Part shown: one piece after another, positions 19,190 to 28,344 of the stretch
Position numbering within the stretch: the first letter of the stretch is position 1
Layout of the letters: every line of letters begins with the position of its first letter
Virus record (IMG/VR): IMGVR_UViG_3300049926_000024
Coordinates: 1-55,693 of that record
Source: a virus
Lineage: Duplodnaviria > Caudoviricetes
Length of the DNA: 55,693 bases
Strand: one strand, 5' to 3'
The notes under the pieces: model-generated
The model's database searches: none
Told to the model about the DNA's origin: nothing
What the model saw: the letters and a program-made list of their open reading frames with translations, nothing else
Position numbers and translations under genes: made by a program

Positions 19190-19958
19190 TTTTTAAATCC
19201 TTCTGGTGAGATTTTCCCTGTTCTTTTCGTGTAGGCCCCTTTAAATGGTCCATCCACTTCCCCAGGACGTGAATAAAGGGGTGCTTAAATTTCGCATACT
19301 CCCCAGAGAGATTAGTTACTGGAAGATTCCGTTCTTTCTCTATGACCTGCCACCATACCCAGGAATCATGCGTCTGTTCCAGGTTCTGAACGCTGCCGCT
19401 GACGTAATATTTCAGCATGGCCGTAATCAAGTCCAGGAAGGCCGGGTGGTGTGTGTCAAACAGCAAGAAACCGCATTCGGGATAGTTGCCTTCACGTTCC
19501 AGCCAGGCCACCACGTCGCCTTCATTCAGCAACGCCTTCATTTCTTTGCTGCTGACGGGTGCATGGGTCACGGTGTCCGCATCTAACCATAGCAGGTAAC
19601 GATTCTTGTTATGCTTCAGTGCGGCTTCTGCCACCACGAAGACTTTATAGGCGAACCTGATAGCGTCCCAGTGCATGGTGTAGCCACCGTGGATTTTCCC
19701 GTTCATGTTCGGGGTATGCCTGAATGCGCCTATGAAATTGTGCAGTAGAGGAATGGCCGTAAGCGGAAGGGTTTTTACACCCCTCCGCCCGCCACCTTCA
19801 AAGAAGGTATTAACGGCTGTGTACACTGGACTATCTGCATTATCCAGGTACAAGATTAAGTTTACGTCATTTTCCCAGTGCTTGGCAAACGTTTCTATGA
19901 ACTTGCGCCCATAAAGGTCATAATGCTTGTCTGCAAAGGTGGAAACGACGGTCAACAT
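19155..19958 (-). CDS. GT-A fold glycosyltransferase-like protein
   Basis: DAIRFAYKVF...LLWLDADTV (DxD motif)...ECGFLLF...HDSWVW...DHLKG. Confidence 0.72.
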   Translation of the reverse strand: MLTVVSTFADKHYDLYGRKFIETFAKHWENDVNLILYLDNADSPVYTAVNTFFEGGGRRGVKTLPLTAIPLLHNFIGAFRHTPNMNGKIHGGYTMHWDAIRFAYKVFVVAEAALKHNKNRYLLWLDADTVTHAPVSSKEMKALLNEGDVVAWLEREGNYPECGFLLFDTHHPAFLDLITAMLKYYVSGSVQNLEQTHDSWVWWQVIEKERNLPVTNLSGEYAKFKHPFIHVLGKWMDHLKGPTRKEQGKSHQKDLKIDRPERYWQNL

Positions 19959-19960
19959 AC

Positions 19961-20140
19961 TTAAACGTTCCCTGTTGCTGGGTTACTCCATACTTTTGAA
20001 CTGCCTTGACCGCCACTTTTCGCAGGGTAAGCCTTCGCGGGAAGAGTAGGAACAGTACCTTTGCCCGTTGTAGGGACTGCGGTAGTTGTCGGGTAACAGG
20101 GTGCGCCCATGTTATAGGCTGTGTGCATATTACTTGCCAT
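19961..20140 (-). CDS. Small Thr/Pro/Gly-rich peptide (59 aa), not in the ORF track
   Basis: MASNMHTAYNMGAPCYPTTTAVPTTGKGTVPTLPAKAYPAKSGGQGSSKVWSNPATGNV; preceded by AAGGAG; fills the gap between its neighbours. Confidence 0.65.
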   Translation of the reverse strand: MASNMHTAYNMGAPCYPTTTAVPTTGKGTVPTLPAKAYPAKSGGQGSSKVWSNPATGNV

Positions 20141-21188
20141 TTTCCACTTCTCCTTCTGGTGCTACAGGGTCAGTACCTTCTTCCGCAGGAATTACTGCTT
20201 CAGGGGCGGCTTCGCCTTCAGTTGGTGTTTCTGCTTCCACAGGCGCGTCTACTTCAGCCGGGGCTGGAGTTTCTACGGGTGCTTCCACAGGTGTTTCTGT
20301 TTCAGGAACTACTTTTTCTTCTGGCATGGTGTTTTCCTCAGTGCTGGTTGTTTGTACTGGAACGCCTTGGAGGGCGGCCAGTAAGAATTTAGCAGCTAGT
20401 CCGTCTTCAATTTCTTGCAGGGTATACTGTGCATAGGCCAAGCGGGAAAAGAATTTTTCATAGGCTGCCTTTGTAGGATACACGATATTGTCGGTTAGTG
20501 TAGAAGAAATTTCTGAATAGAAGCAGCCACCAGAAACAAGCACTGGGTAACCCTGTGTAAGGGCTTCAATGCCTGAAGTGCTGTTGTATGTGGCAACAAA
20601 GAAACAGCCTTCCACCGCGTCTTTGAGTTCGTCATGTTCAGAAACTGCGTCTACTCCTGGGACCCCGTATTTCTGGCCAGGGTGTGGACGCCAGGCAATT
20701 TTATTGTCTGGGTAAACTTCCCTAAGCTGCTTCACAATGCCTGTGTAGAGTTCGATAAGCTCTTGCTCATCCAGACCGTGCGCTGCATCCTTCGCCATCT
20801 GTCCACAAATTAGGATATGTCCCTTCTTCACGCTCTTGGACTTCTGATATGGAATATCCAGTTCCTTGAAGCGGTCAGGCGGGCAGGCAAATTCAGGAAT
20901 CCAGCCTAGTGTATTGAATCCGGTCTGGTAGTAGGTTTTACCCTTTCTCACATAGCCGTAATCTGACACTAGGACAGGAACACCTTTTTCCAGGTAGGCT
21001 TGCTGGATAACTCGGTAGTGCTTACGAAGGCCGTTGACCACGACGAAAGTAAAGTCTTCTGTATCGGTAGCCGTAAACACGTCATGTCTACGCCACCGCA
21101 CGTCTACGCCTTCTTTTGCGAGGCCTTCAGCAAAGGGGACTAAAACCCCCTCGCCTTCCATTCCATAAACACCAGCCTTGATAACCAT
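20130..21188 (-). CDS. GT-B-like transferase (HP motif) with acidic Pro/Glu-rich tail
   Basis: SDYGYV...ICGQMAKDAA...WRPHP...ATYNSTSGIEALTQGYPV, resembling the KpsC/KpsS/sialyltransferase HP and S-T motifs. Confidence 0.62.
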   Translation of the reverse strand: MVIKAGVYGMEGEGVLVPFAEGLAKEGVDVRWRRHDVFTATDTEDFTFVVVNGLRKHYRVIQQAYLEKGVPVLVSDYGYVRKGKTYYQTGFNTLGWIPEFACPPDRFKELDIPYQKSKSVKKGHILICGQMAKDAAHGLDEQELIELYTGIVKQLREVYPDNKIAWRPHPGQKYGVPGVDAVSEHDELKDAVEGCFFVATYNSTSGIEALTQGYPVLVSGGCFYSEISSTLTDNIVYPTKAAYEKFFSRLAYAQYTLQEIEDGLAAKFLLAALQGVPVQTTSTEENTMPEEKVVPETETPVEAPVETPAPAEVDAPVEAETPTEGEAAPEAVIPAEEGTDPVAPEGEVENGK

Positions 21189-21206
21189 AATAAACCCCTT
21201 TAGAAA

Positions 21207-22199
21207 TTAACGTGAACGGATAATAACACCGGCCAAGTCTTTGACAGAAGCCATTGAAGAATCCCAGTTTGAAGGAGTTCCGATAGCGGAATTCGTCGGA
21301 TTTGCGCCGCCGTTTTGAATATCCCACTTGAAGCCTTCAATACCCAGGTTGTAAGCATATTCGCCCTGTAAGATAACTTCGATGTTTTCGTTACCAAGGT
21401 TCAATTGCGAAGCAACCACAGTGTCTTCTGACTGCGTAATGATACCAGCACCAGCTACTAGGCCAAGTGTCAAGTATTCAGCAACGCCAGGTGAAGCACC
21501 GTTGTCCGTTACCAGCGCAGGCGAATCCGTGATAATAACAGGGCGGTTCATCGTGACAGGTGAAGCCGTCGCAACGTTGAAGTTCGATACACCAGGAATA
21601 TTTGCTGTAATTTGGTTCTGCACCAGGTCAAAATAGGCCTTACTGTGCATAATCCAGCATGCAATTTCACCAGCATTGTCACCGAAATTAGACAGTCCAG
21701 TAATCAAGCCCGCTGTGTTCAGTGTTCCAGAAGTAGGAATCTGATACTTAAGGGCAGTTTGACCATTGATAGCTGCACAAAGTCCGATAAGGGCAGTGTT
21801 CAAGTAATCAACCTGGACAGCCTTGGCAAACTGGCCACCAAGCAAGAAAGAAAGTGTCTGGTCGTCGTCACCGGCTTGGCCAATCTTACGGAAAGAATCA
21901 AGCGTGTTGCTTACTGGTCCGATTTTACGGTTCAGCTTGACGCTGGCCAGTTCGTCCTGCGTCAATGCCAGTTTAGTAGCTGAAGACGTTGAAGTAGGGT
22001 CGCGGCGTGTTACTGCACCAGATACCAGCTTGAAGAAGCTTGTCTGTTCGTATTGACCACGGATATTACGCGGTTTAATTTGCAGGGTGTTGTTTGAAGC
22101 AGCATTGAAGGCATCACTTACCTGGGTAAGTTTCTCCACCATGCCGCCGTTAAATTGTTCTTGATAGATTTTAAAATCTGACTGTGTTCCTACGCTCAT
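21207..22199 (-). CDS. Major capsid protein
   Basis: 330 aa after the scaffold; SDFKIYQEQF...FNAASN...WIMHSKAYFDL...RPVIITDSPAL...KDLAGVII. Confidence 0.88.
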   Translation of the reverse strand: MSVGTQSDFKIYQEQFNGGMVEKLTQVSDAFNAASNNTLQIKPRNIRGQYEQTSFFKLVSGAVTRRDPTSTSSATKLALTQDELASVKLNRKIGPVSNTLDSFRKIGQAGDDDQTLSFLLGGQFAKAVQVDYLNTALIGLCAAINGQTALKYQIPTSGTLNTAGLITGLSNFGDNAGEIACWIMHSKAYFDLVQNQITANIPGVSNFNVATASPVTMNRPVIITDSPALVTDNGASPGVAEYLTLGLVAGAGIITQSEDTVVASQLNLGNENIEVILQGEYAYNLGIEGFKWDIQNGGANPTNSAIGTPSNWDSSMASVKDLAGVIIRSR

Positions 22200-22211
22200 T
22201 TAAGGCTCCAT

Positions 22212-22982
22212 TTATGCGGGAAGTTTGTAAAATTCTGAGTTCCCATGCTTGCTGATATAGTCGGATTTCTCCTTCGCTGTCATTTTTGCACGGCTCAGGT
22301 TAGGGTTGTGATTTCCGCCGCCTTGTCCATCGGACCGGCTGCCGCTGCCACTTGCTCCTGTTCCCTGAAACGCGCAGCCGAAAGTTTCGGAAGCCTTCAT
22401 TTCAGTAACCAGGTCTTTGATAGTCAGGTAGTTACCCTGTCCGTCTACTTTGGGCGTCCCTTTAGCGTCGATAATCCGAACCACGAATTCCCCTTCTTCT
22501 TCCACTACAACCGTCGAGGCCTTAATGTGAGGTAAAAGAATCGTTGTATTTCCTTTCAAGTCCGCAAGCTGGCGTACTGCTTCGGCTTCAATCAGGGTTT
22601 TTTCGAGAGTGCTTTTAAGAGATTTATTTTTCTTTTCAAAGTCTTCAAGCTCTAGCTTATGCTTTGAAACGATTTGCTCTTTCATCTTCTCAAAATCGCC
22701 CTTCTTTTCAGCATCGGCCTGTTGCCTTGCTTCAAAATCGGCCATGATTTCGGCTATCTCTTCCGGGGATTTACCCAGTTTCTCAAAGCCCTTCACCATG
22801 TCCTTGTATTTCTTTGCGTCACCTTTTTCCCGTTCGTAGGCCTGCTTTAGGCCAGAAGTATCCAGTTTCTTTTTGAGGCTATCAGAGAGTAAAAACTTTC
22901 CGTCTTTCTCTGTGTAGAGCGTCTTAAGTTCTTCGGGTACGGCGTCGAGGTTTTCTAGTTCAGCTTGAAATTCAAAAGTCAT
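22212..22982 (-). CDS. Capsid scaffolding protein
   Basis: Charged coiled-coil protein with a Gly/Ser linker and short C-terminal helix (MTAKEKSDYISKHG..FYKLP); upstream of the major capsid gene. Confidence 0.8.
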   Translation of the reverse strand: MTFEFQAELENLDAVPEELKTLYTEKDGKFLLSDSLKKKLDTSGLKQAYEREKGDAKKYKDMVKGFEKLGKSPEEIAEIMADFEARQQADAEKKGDFEKMKEQIVSKHKLELEDFEKKNKSLKSTLEKTLIEAEAVRQLADLKGNTTILLPHIKASTVVVEEEGEFVVRIIDAKGTPKVDGQGNYLTIKDLVTEMKASETFGCAFQGTGASGSGSRSDGQGGGNHNPNLSRAKMTAKEKSDYISKHGNSEFYKLPA

Positions 22983-23000
22983 GTTAAAACACCTTGTTAT

Positions 23001-23073
23001 GAAGCCTTCCGCTTCGTTGAATACTTATGCCTTCCGCATAAAGGAAATTTTATGTCCTGCATTCCGCAGCACA
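23001..23073 (-). repeat. Three tandem hairpins with GC-GGAA(G/T)-GC caps in the scaffold leader
   Basis: Minus strand: CTGC-GGAAT-GCAG, TTATGC-GGAAG-GCATAA, GAAGC-GGAAG-GCTTC. Confidence 0.7.
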
Positions 23074-23122
23074 CTAGAATTTTTATATTAACTTGATTTA
23101 TCGCTTGACACAAGAGATTTGT

Positions 23123-24226
23123 TTAACGCGCCAGGGCTTCCAATTCTTTAAGCGTACGTGTGGCTTTTCCGTTACTCTCTACCAGGTCGGTCAGGCTTAT
23201 CTTCCCCTTACGCCATAGGTCAGCGCGGCCTGGTCCTAGCAGTTCGTCCTGGAAGGCCTGGTCTTTGGTAGCCAGCCACTCCGCGAAGGTAATGTCCTGG
23301 GCTACCTGGCCGTCCATACTGGCGCGGGTGGACGGTGGGACTTCTGCTTCGTCAATCCCTAAATCCTGCCAGGTGGAAACAACCGGGACAAGGGTGCTTC
23401 TGCAATTCCAGTGCCTGGGCGGGCCGCCGTTGAAGGGCAGGGAACCCCCGATAGGCTCGTAGTCGGGAAGTGTCCAGGACATTCCAGAATAGGCTATGCA
23501 AATGTCGGACGTGCGGGAATCCAGGGTGGATATTTGCATAACGCCCTTGAACAGGCTGCTTTCCTGCTTCGCGGCGTCGGTCAGTGTTTCCAGGCGGGTC
23601 TTATTGGCCACCGTCAGCACTGAAGAGCGAACCAGGGCTTTTGCGTCCTTGGCCGAAGCTTCAATAATCCCGTCCTTGTACTGGTTCGCCGCCGTTCCGC
23701 GTATGTCGGCCACAAGCTGGGCGTTTGTTCTGCCCTCAATCATGCCCTGCCGCAGGGTATCTTCAAACCGCTGGCGTGTGGCCGTTGCCTGCCGCTCCCA
23801 CCAGGTCGCAGTCGGCGCACCGGACACAGGGACATTCTTGACAATGCCTTCCAGCCGCGCAGGACTGGGGACTTCGGTAAGGATTTCTATGCCTATGGCG
23901 TTGTTGACTGTGTTGTTGATAAAGGCCGCCTCAATGCGGGCTATGTCGCTTAGGAATACGGTATTGCTTCTGGAAATATCGGAATATGCGCTGGAGATTG
24001 TGGCCTTCGTGAACTGAAGCAATTGCTGGACACGCTTTTGTTCAAACGGTGTCAGGTTTCCCTTGCCCTCAATGCCGGACAGTAGAAGCCGATTAACCAG
24101 CTTAGTTTCAAGCTCCTTCAGGCTCTTCACAATTTCATTGCGATAGAACCCCATGCCCGTTTGCAGGAGATTTACGGCATAGGTGCGGATTTTATCCGCG
24201 ATTGTTTCGTTACTGCTGGTTACCAT
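23123..24226 (-). CDS. Head morphogenesis protein (SPP1 gp7 / Mu F-like)
   Basis: STLDSRTSDIC...PPRHWNCRSTLVP...RASMDGQV motifs. Confidence 0.88.
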   Translation of the reverse strand: MVTSSNETIADKIRTYAVNLLQTGMGFYRNEIVKSLKELETKLVNRLLLSGIEGKGNLTPFEQKRVQQLLQFTKATISSAYSDISRSNTVFLSDIARIEAAFINNTVNNAIGIEILTEVPSPARLEGIVKNVPVSGAPTATWWERQATATRQRFEDTLRQGMIEGRTNAQLVADIRGTAANQYKDGIIEASAKDAKALVRSSVLTVANKTRLETLTDAAKQESSLFKGVMQISTLDSRTSDICIAYSGMSWTLPDYEPIGGSLPFNGGPPRHWNCRSTLVPVVSTWQDLGIDEAEVPPSTRASMDGQVAQDITFAEWLATKDQAFQDELLGPGRADLWRKGKISLTDLVESNGKATRTLKELEALAR

Positions 24227-25742
24227 TTCCGCCTACCACTGTGTCCGGGTTTCCTCCGCCTGCTGTGGTATCCTGGCCGCCGGTCAGGGTGTCATTGCCT
24301 CCCATAGCGTCGAACTTCGCCAGGTTTGCGGTTTGCTCTTCGTCAAGTAGGTCAAGGGTTTCCTGCACGTCGAAGTCTTCGTTCAGAACGCCCTTAATCT
24401 TCAATTCTTCCAGGTAAACACCACGCGGCAAGTCGCCGTTCTTGCGGGCTGCTGTGATGGTGTCAATGTCATGCGTGTCTTTGGTGGACAGGCCGAAGTC
24501 AGGGTCTAGCTCAACGCTGCCCGCTGTTTTCGGGTCTTTCCCTACCCATTGGTACATGTACATGAAGGCCGTTTCAATGCCGTCTTTCAGGTTATTGGCC
24601 CAGGTGTGAAGCGGTGCTACTCCTTCGGAAGTATCAATCAGCTTTTCCGTGGCCGTTGTCTGTTTTGCACTGCCGCCCTGCTCAAATTGCAGGCCAAACA
24701 GCCGCATCTGGTCTTCTAGTTGCTTGATTTCGTCCTGTCCTGCTGCCAGGTGCGCCCCACCTGATTCCACGTAGTAGAACTTGCCTGCTGGGTCCTGGGT
24801 GGTCAGCACTTTGTTAGGGCCGAAGGAAATTTCCCCGTCCGTGTCCTTCGTCCAGCCAGAAGCGGCCAGGATAGCGAATGAGGCGAAGCTTAAGCTGGTG
24901 CGTTGGTCACTACGAACCTGCCAGTGTTCCAGGTTCATCCATGCCAGGTCTTCAAGCGGTGGTTCGCACTCAAAGAAATTAACTTTTTCGGTGTAAATCG
25001 GAATCAGCGTGATAAAATCAAGGCTGGTCGTGCCTTCCTCTATCTTCGTCCAGTTGCTGTTCTCCTGTTCCCACAGTTCATAGCTTCCAGGGCGAAGAAT
25101 TCGTTCCCGCTGGGCTGTAATTTGCGTGTTGTCGGTCTGGTCTTTGATGATTTCTTCACGAATGCGGACTTCGGTTAGCTTGTGGATGCCTCCCACCACG
25201 ACGGAATCAAATGACGTCAGGTTTTTGGCCTTCACATGGACCAGGTAAGGCCGTAGCTTCTTCGCCTTCTCCTGTTCTAGGGTCATTGCGCCCGGTGCTG
25301 TAGGATAATCCACCAGAATGTAGGAAATACCCATTGCGATAGCGTCCTTGAAGACGTCACGGGCGAAGTTTTCCAGGTGTGTCCCTGTCAGGTCGATGTT
25401 TTCCGCCCATTCCAGGATGTCTTCAGGTACGTCTTCGTCAAAGTTCACGCCCTTAGCGAACACCTTACCCACCAGTGACGTCACCGTGCGGCGGAAGTAG
25501 TTACGCAGAACCGTCCGAATCAGGCGATTGCGGTAGGCCTCTTCGGTTTCCATTGGGTGCTGTGGCAAGAACTCTTTGCCCTTCAGCCTCATTGCACGGG
25601 TTCCGCCCATCAGTGTTTCAGGAAGAAGCCAGGCCTGGCGCATGCGGTTGTAGACAATGCCGTATTGCCCTACGCCCGTATTCGTGGTTTGAAGAATCGT
25701 TGTGTTTGCCTGCGCTGTGGCGATTTCTTGGACAGTGGACAT
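24210..25742 (-). CDS. Portal protein (DUF4055-type)
   Basis: LMGGTRAMR...FLPQHPME...Y..RL; PPLEDLAWMNLEHWQ; follows the large terminase. Confidence 0.88.
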   Translation of the reverse strand: MSTVQEIATAQANTTILQTTNTGVGQYGIVYNRMRQAWLLPETLMGGTRAMRLKGKEFLPQHPMETEEAYRNRLIRTVLRNYFRRTVTSLVGKVFAKGVNFDEDVPEDILEWAENIDLTGTHLENFARDVFKDAIAMGISYILVDYPTAPGAMTLEQEKAKKLRPYLVHVKAKNLTSFDSVVVGGIHKLTEVRIREEIIKDQTDNTQITAQRERILRPGSYELWEQENSNWTKIEEGTTSLDFITLIPIYTEKVNFFECEPPLEDLAWMNLEHWQVRSDQRTSLSFASFAILAASGWTKDTDGEISFGPNKVLTTQDPAGKFYYVESGGAHLAAGQDEIKQLEDQMRLFGLQFEQGGSAKQTTATEKLIDTSEGVAPLHTWANNLKDGIETAFMYMYQWVGKDPKTAGSVELDPDFGLSTKDTHDIDTITAARKNGDLPRGVYLEELKIKGVLNEDFDVQETLDLLDEEQTANLAKFDAMGGNDTLTGGQDTTAGGGNPDTVVGGNGNQQ

Positions 25743-25745
25743 AAT

Positions 25746-27080
25746 TTAAACCAGGCTACCTTGTGTTGTTTTCGCGCCACCAATCGGGAACACCTGATTG
25801 ATATAATACCCGAAGCCGTCGCTTAAATGCGTCAGTTCCGGCGTTGCTTTCTTGTCAATCTCGCCACTGCCGCCCTTAAGCAGCGTCACCCCTTCCAGGT
25901 CTTTTACGACGTGCGGGGCTTTACGTGGGTCTATCATCATCCTAACGCGTTTATCCATTGTGAGCAAGCGCGAATTGACAGCGTTGACACGGGTACGTTC
26001 CAAGGGGTTAGCTTTCGGGACGTTCATGCTGAACTGTTCCTTGAAGTGCGGGCGTAGTATCTGGCTGATTAATTCCCAGTCGCTACCTGCCACTTTCGCA
26101 CTGCCCCTGCTGCCTCCTGTTGCGTCCCCGTAGCAAATAACGCGGCCTTGGTGATTGCCCCAGTCGGTAATGATTCGGGCGCATACGGCAGGCGTGTTGC
26201 TGTTGCGGGGGATATGCACTTCGCCTATGATTCCCGTGCCTTGTTCACCATTGGGAAGCAGTTGTTCCTGGATGATTGAGGCGGTCCCAGGGGCCACGTT
26301 GAAGTCAAAGCAAAGAATCAGGGGTTGCCGTGGGTCGTATTTGAGCGGGGCGCAGTGAATGCGGTCGTCGAACGGGTAGTAGGCACGGCCTTCAAAATTG
26401 ACAAAGCTGCCTTCATACTCCTGCAAGTACGTCAGTTCGTCCATGTCGTTCTTCGCGCTGGCAATCTCCGAAGCTGGCAGTATGTCCGCGCTTATCCAGT
26501 GGAATAAATCCCATTCCACATTGTCGGGATTCTTGGCAAATTGTGAGAGGTCGTAGTAATGATTTCGCCCTTCCGGCACTCCGATAAACCAAGCCCAGCC
26601 GCCACGGTCGGACAGTGCTGGCCTAATGTTCTCCTGCCATGCTGAAGGCTTCATGTTGCCGAACTCATCCAGCAAACAGCCGTTCCAGCTAACACCTTCG
26701 GCACGTTCCGGCTTGTCCATCCCGATAACCCAGATTTCCGCGCCGGTGGTCAGGGTAATCTTCAGTTCCGTTTCGGACGGGGGCTTTAACCACATGCCAC
26801 GGGTCAACTGCTTCAGGTCATTCCAGTAGATTTTCTTTGCTTGGCCATAGGTCGGCGCGGCGCAGAAGTAGCGGTAGTCCAGATATTTCTTCTGCTTTGA
26901 TTCCTTGATAACTTTCTTGACGAACTTGCGCTTTGCCCGTTCTGTCTTGCCCGAACGACGCCCGGCAGGGACTACCAGGAAGCGGGTTTCGGATTCCATG
27001 AAGCGTTTCTGCTCCGGGTGCGGACGCAGCTTGTACCAACGCTTGGAAAGCGCAAACTCACTGCGTTTTTTCTTCGCCAT
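25746..27080 (-). CDS. terL: Terminase large subunit
   Basis: Walker A AGRRSGKT, Walker B LLDEF, IGVPEGRNH, nuclease CFDFNV...HLSDG; start taken at MAKKK (the ORF extends to 27119). Confidence 0.95.
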   Translation of the reverse strand: MAKKKRSEFALSKRWYKLRPHPEQKRFMESETRFLVVPAGRRSGKTERAKRKFVKKVIKESKQKKYLDYRYFCAAPTYGQAKKIYWNDLKQLTRGMWLKPPSETELKITLTTGAEIWVIGMDKPERAEGVSWNGCLLDEFGNMKPSAWQENIRPALSDRGGWAWFIGVPEGRNHYYDLSQFAKNPDNVEWDLFHWISADILPASEIASAKNDMDELTYLQEYEGSFVNFEGRAYYPFDDRIHCAPLKYDPRQPLILCFDFNVAPGTASIIQEQLLPNGEQGTGIIGEVHIPRNSNTPAVCARIITDWGNHQGRVICYGDATGGSRGSAKVAGSDWELISQILRPHFKEQFSMNVPKANPLERTRVNAVNSRLLTMDKRVRMMIDPRKAPHVVKDLEGVTLLKGGSGEIDKKATPELTHLSDGFGYYINQVFPIGGAKTTQGSLV

Positions 27081-27648
27081 CTTCAGCCCCTTCTTCGGGT
27101 TCGTATTCGCTGGCTTCAAGCTCTTCCATCAGTTCCAGAGCGTCAAGGATTTCAGCCGCACGTTCGTCCGTGCCACCTCCGCCGGTGCTGTTGATTTCGG
27201 AAATAGTCTTCTGAACCGCTGCCAGGCGGCCAATGTAGGACATGAGCAAATAATCAAACTGCTTGCGCTTCTTCGTGAAACTCCTGCCTATGCCGTCCTT
27301 CGCGCTGTACGATTCGGTGTAGTCGTCCAGTATTAAACCCTTCGCGTATTTCTGGCAGGTTTCGGGGTCTTTGATGTTGATTATTGCATCAGTATGCGCC
27401 GCAGCATTGGCGATTTTCTCTTCTTCCAGAAGCCGGAATATCCGAATCCGCAGAAGCTTCACTTCGTGCGTAAGCTCGGCGGTTTCCAGTTCTTCAAAGA
27501 TTTCTTCCTCTTCGGGTGTCAGGTGGGTTGCGTACAGGAATCCCTTGAACCTGGCCGCGCTAATGTCTCCAGGTGTCTTGCGTCGTATGACCTTGCAGGG
27601 GATTTTCCCCTTCGTTTCGATTTCTTCCAGGCTCAAAACATGCTCCAA
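27058..27648 (-). CDS. terS: Terminase small subunit (probable)
   Basis: Immediately upstream of terL; GFLYA...LTHEVKLLRIRIFRLL helix and acidic tail. Confidence 0.6.
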   Translation of the reverse strand: MEHVLSLEEIETKGKIPCKVIRRKTPGDISAARFKGFLYATHLTPEEEEIFEELETAELTHEVKLLRIRIFRLLEEEKIANAAAHTDAIINIKDPETCQKYAKGLILDDYTESYSAKDGIGRSFTKKRKQFDYLLMSYIGRLAAVQKTISEINSTGGGGTDERAAEILDALELMEELEASEYEPEEGAEDGEEKTQ

Positions 27649-27738
27649 TGCTTGGTTATCTCATTCCACCATAGCAATTTTACACGGGGAGGGGAAGCGT
27701 TTTGTTTCCAGGTAGGATTTCGGTGTAGCGGCAAAACA

Positions 27739-27846
27739 CCACATAAGGATATTTTCTACAACATTGAAAAATAAAAATGAAATATTAGCAAAAATAGTGC
27801 TACAGCCGCTACAACGTTGAAATATATAGGAAAAAACACGTAACAC
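27739..27846. other. Ori-like element A (inverted homologue of 54835-54942)
   Basis: CCACATAAGGA-34nt-ATTAGCA...GCTACAG.CGCTACA...AACAC in AT-rich non-coding DNA. Confidence 0.55.
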
Positions 27847-28095
27847 CTCATACCACTACCCTATACACCTGCTACAAACAAAAATTCCCCTAAAACCACT
27901 GAAAAATAGACATAAGGTTTTTAAAATAAATTATGCAACACATAAAATTTAGTTTAGTCGCAGGAAGGCATCGTTTACTAGAAAATTTCCTTATGTGGAA
28001 AATCCAATACTGCATAAAATCCCCTGGATTCTTCCACCGTCCACCCTGGCCAAACCCCAAAGGGACCTGCCCAACTCGACACACGCTAAAGCGTC

Positions 28096-28260
28096 CTAAA
28101 ACCAACGCAACAGCACGTACATTTCCAGCCATCCAACAGGAACCATGACAAAGAAAAACCACGCCAATCCAATAGCTTCAATCATTGCCAGTTCTTTCCA
28201 TTCGGTCTTGGACAACCATAAAAACACATTCTTTTCTTCTTTCTGGAAAACGTCAAACAT
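28096..28260 (-). CDS. Small membrane protein, hypothetical
   Basis: GGAGG RBS then MFDVFQKEEK...; hydrophobic C-terminal half; downstream of the promoter at 28315-28344. Confidence 0.5.
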   Translation of the reverse strand: MFDVFQKEEKNVFLWLSKTEWKELAMIEAIGLAWFFFVMVPVGWLEMYVLLRWF

Positions 28261-28314
28261 AGCCTGGTCCCTCCACAAATATCCGCTTAATAAAGGCTCT
28301 CTGCCCTTACTATA

Positions 28315-28344
28315 AAGATACCATAAAGAACGCATAAAAGTCAA
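28315..28344 (-). promoter_or_regulatory. Sigma70-type promoter with conserved TTTATGC spacer
   Basis: TTGACT-tttatgcgttctttatgg(18)-TATCTT. Confidence 0.6.
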
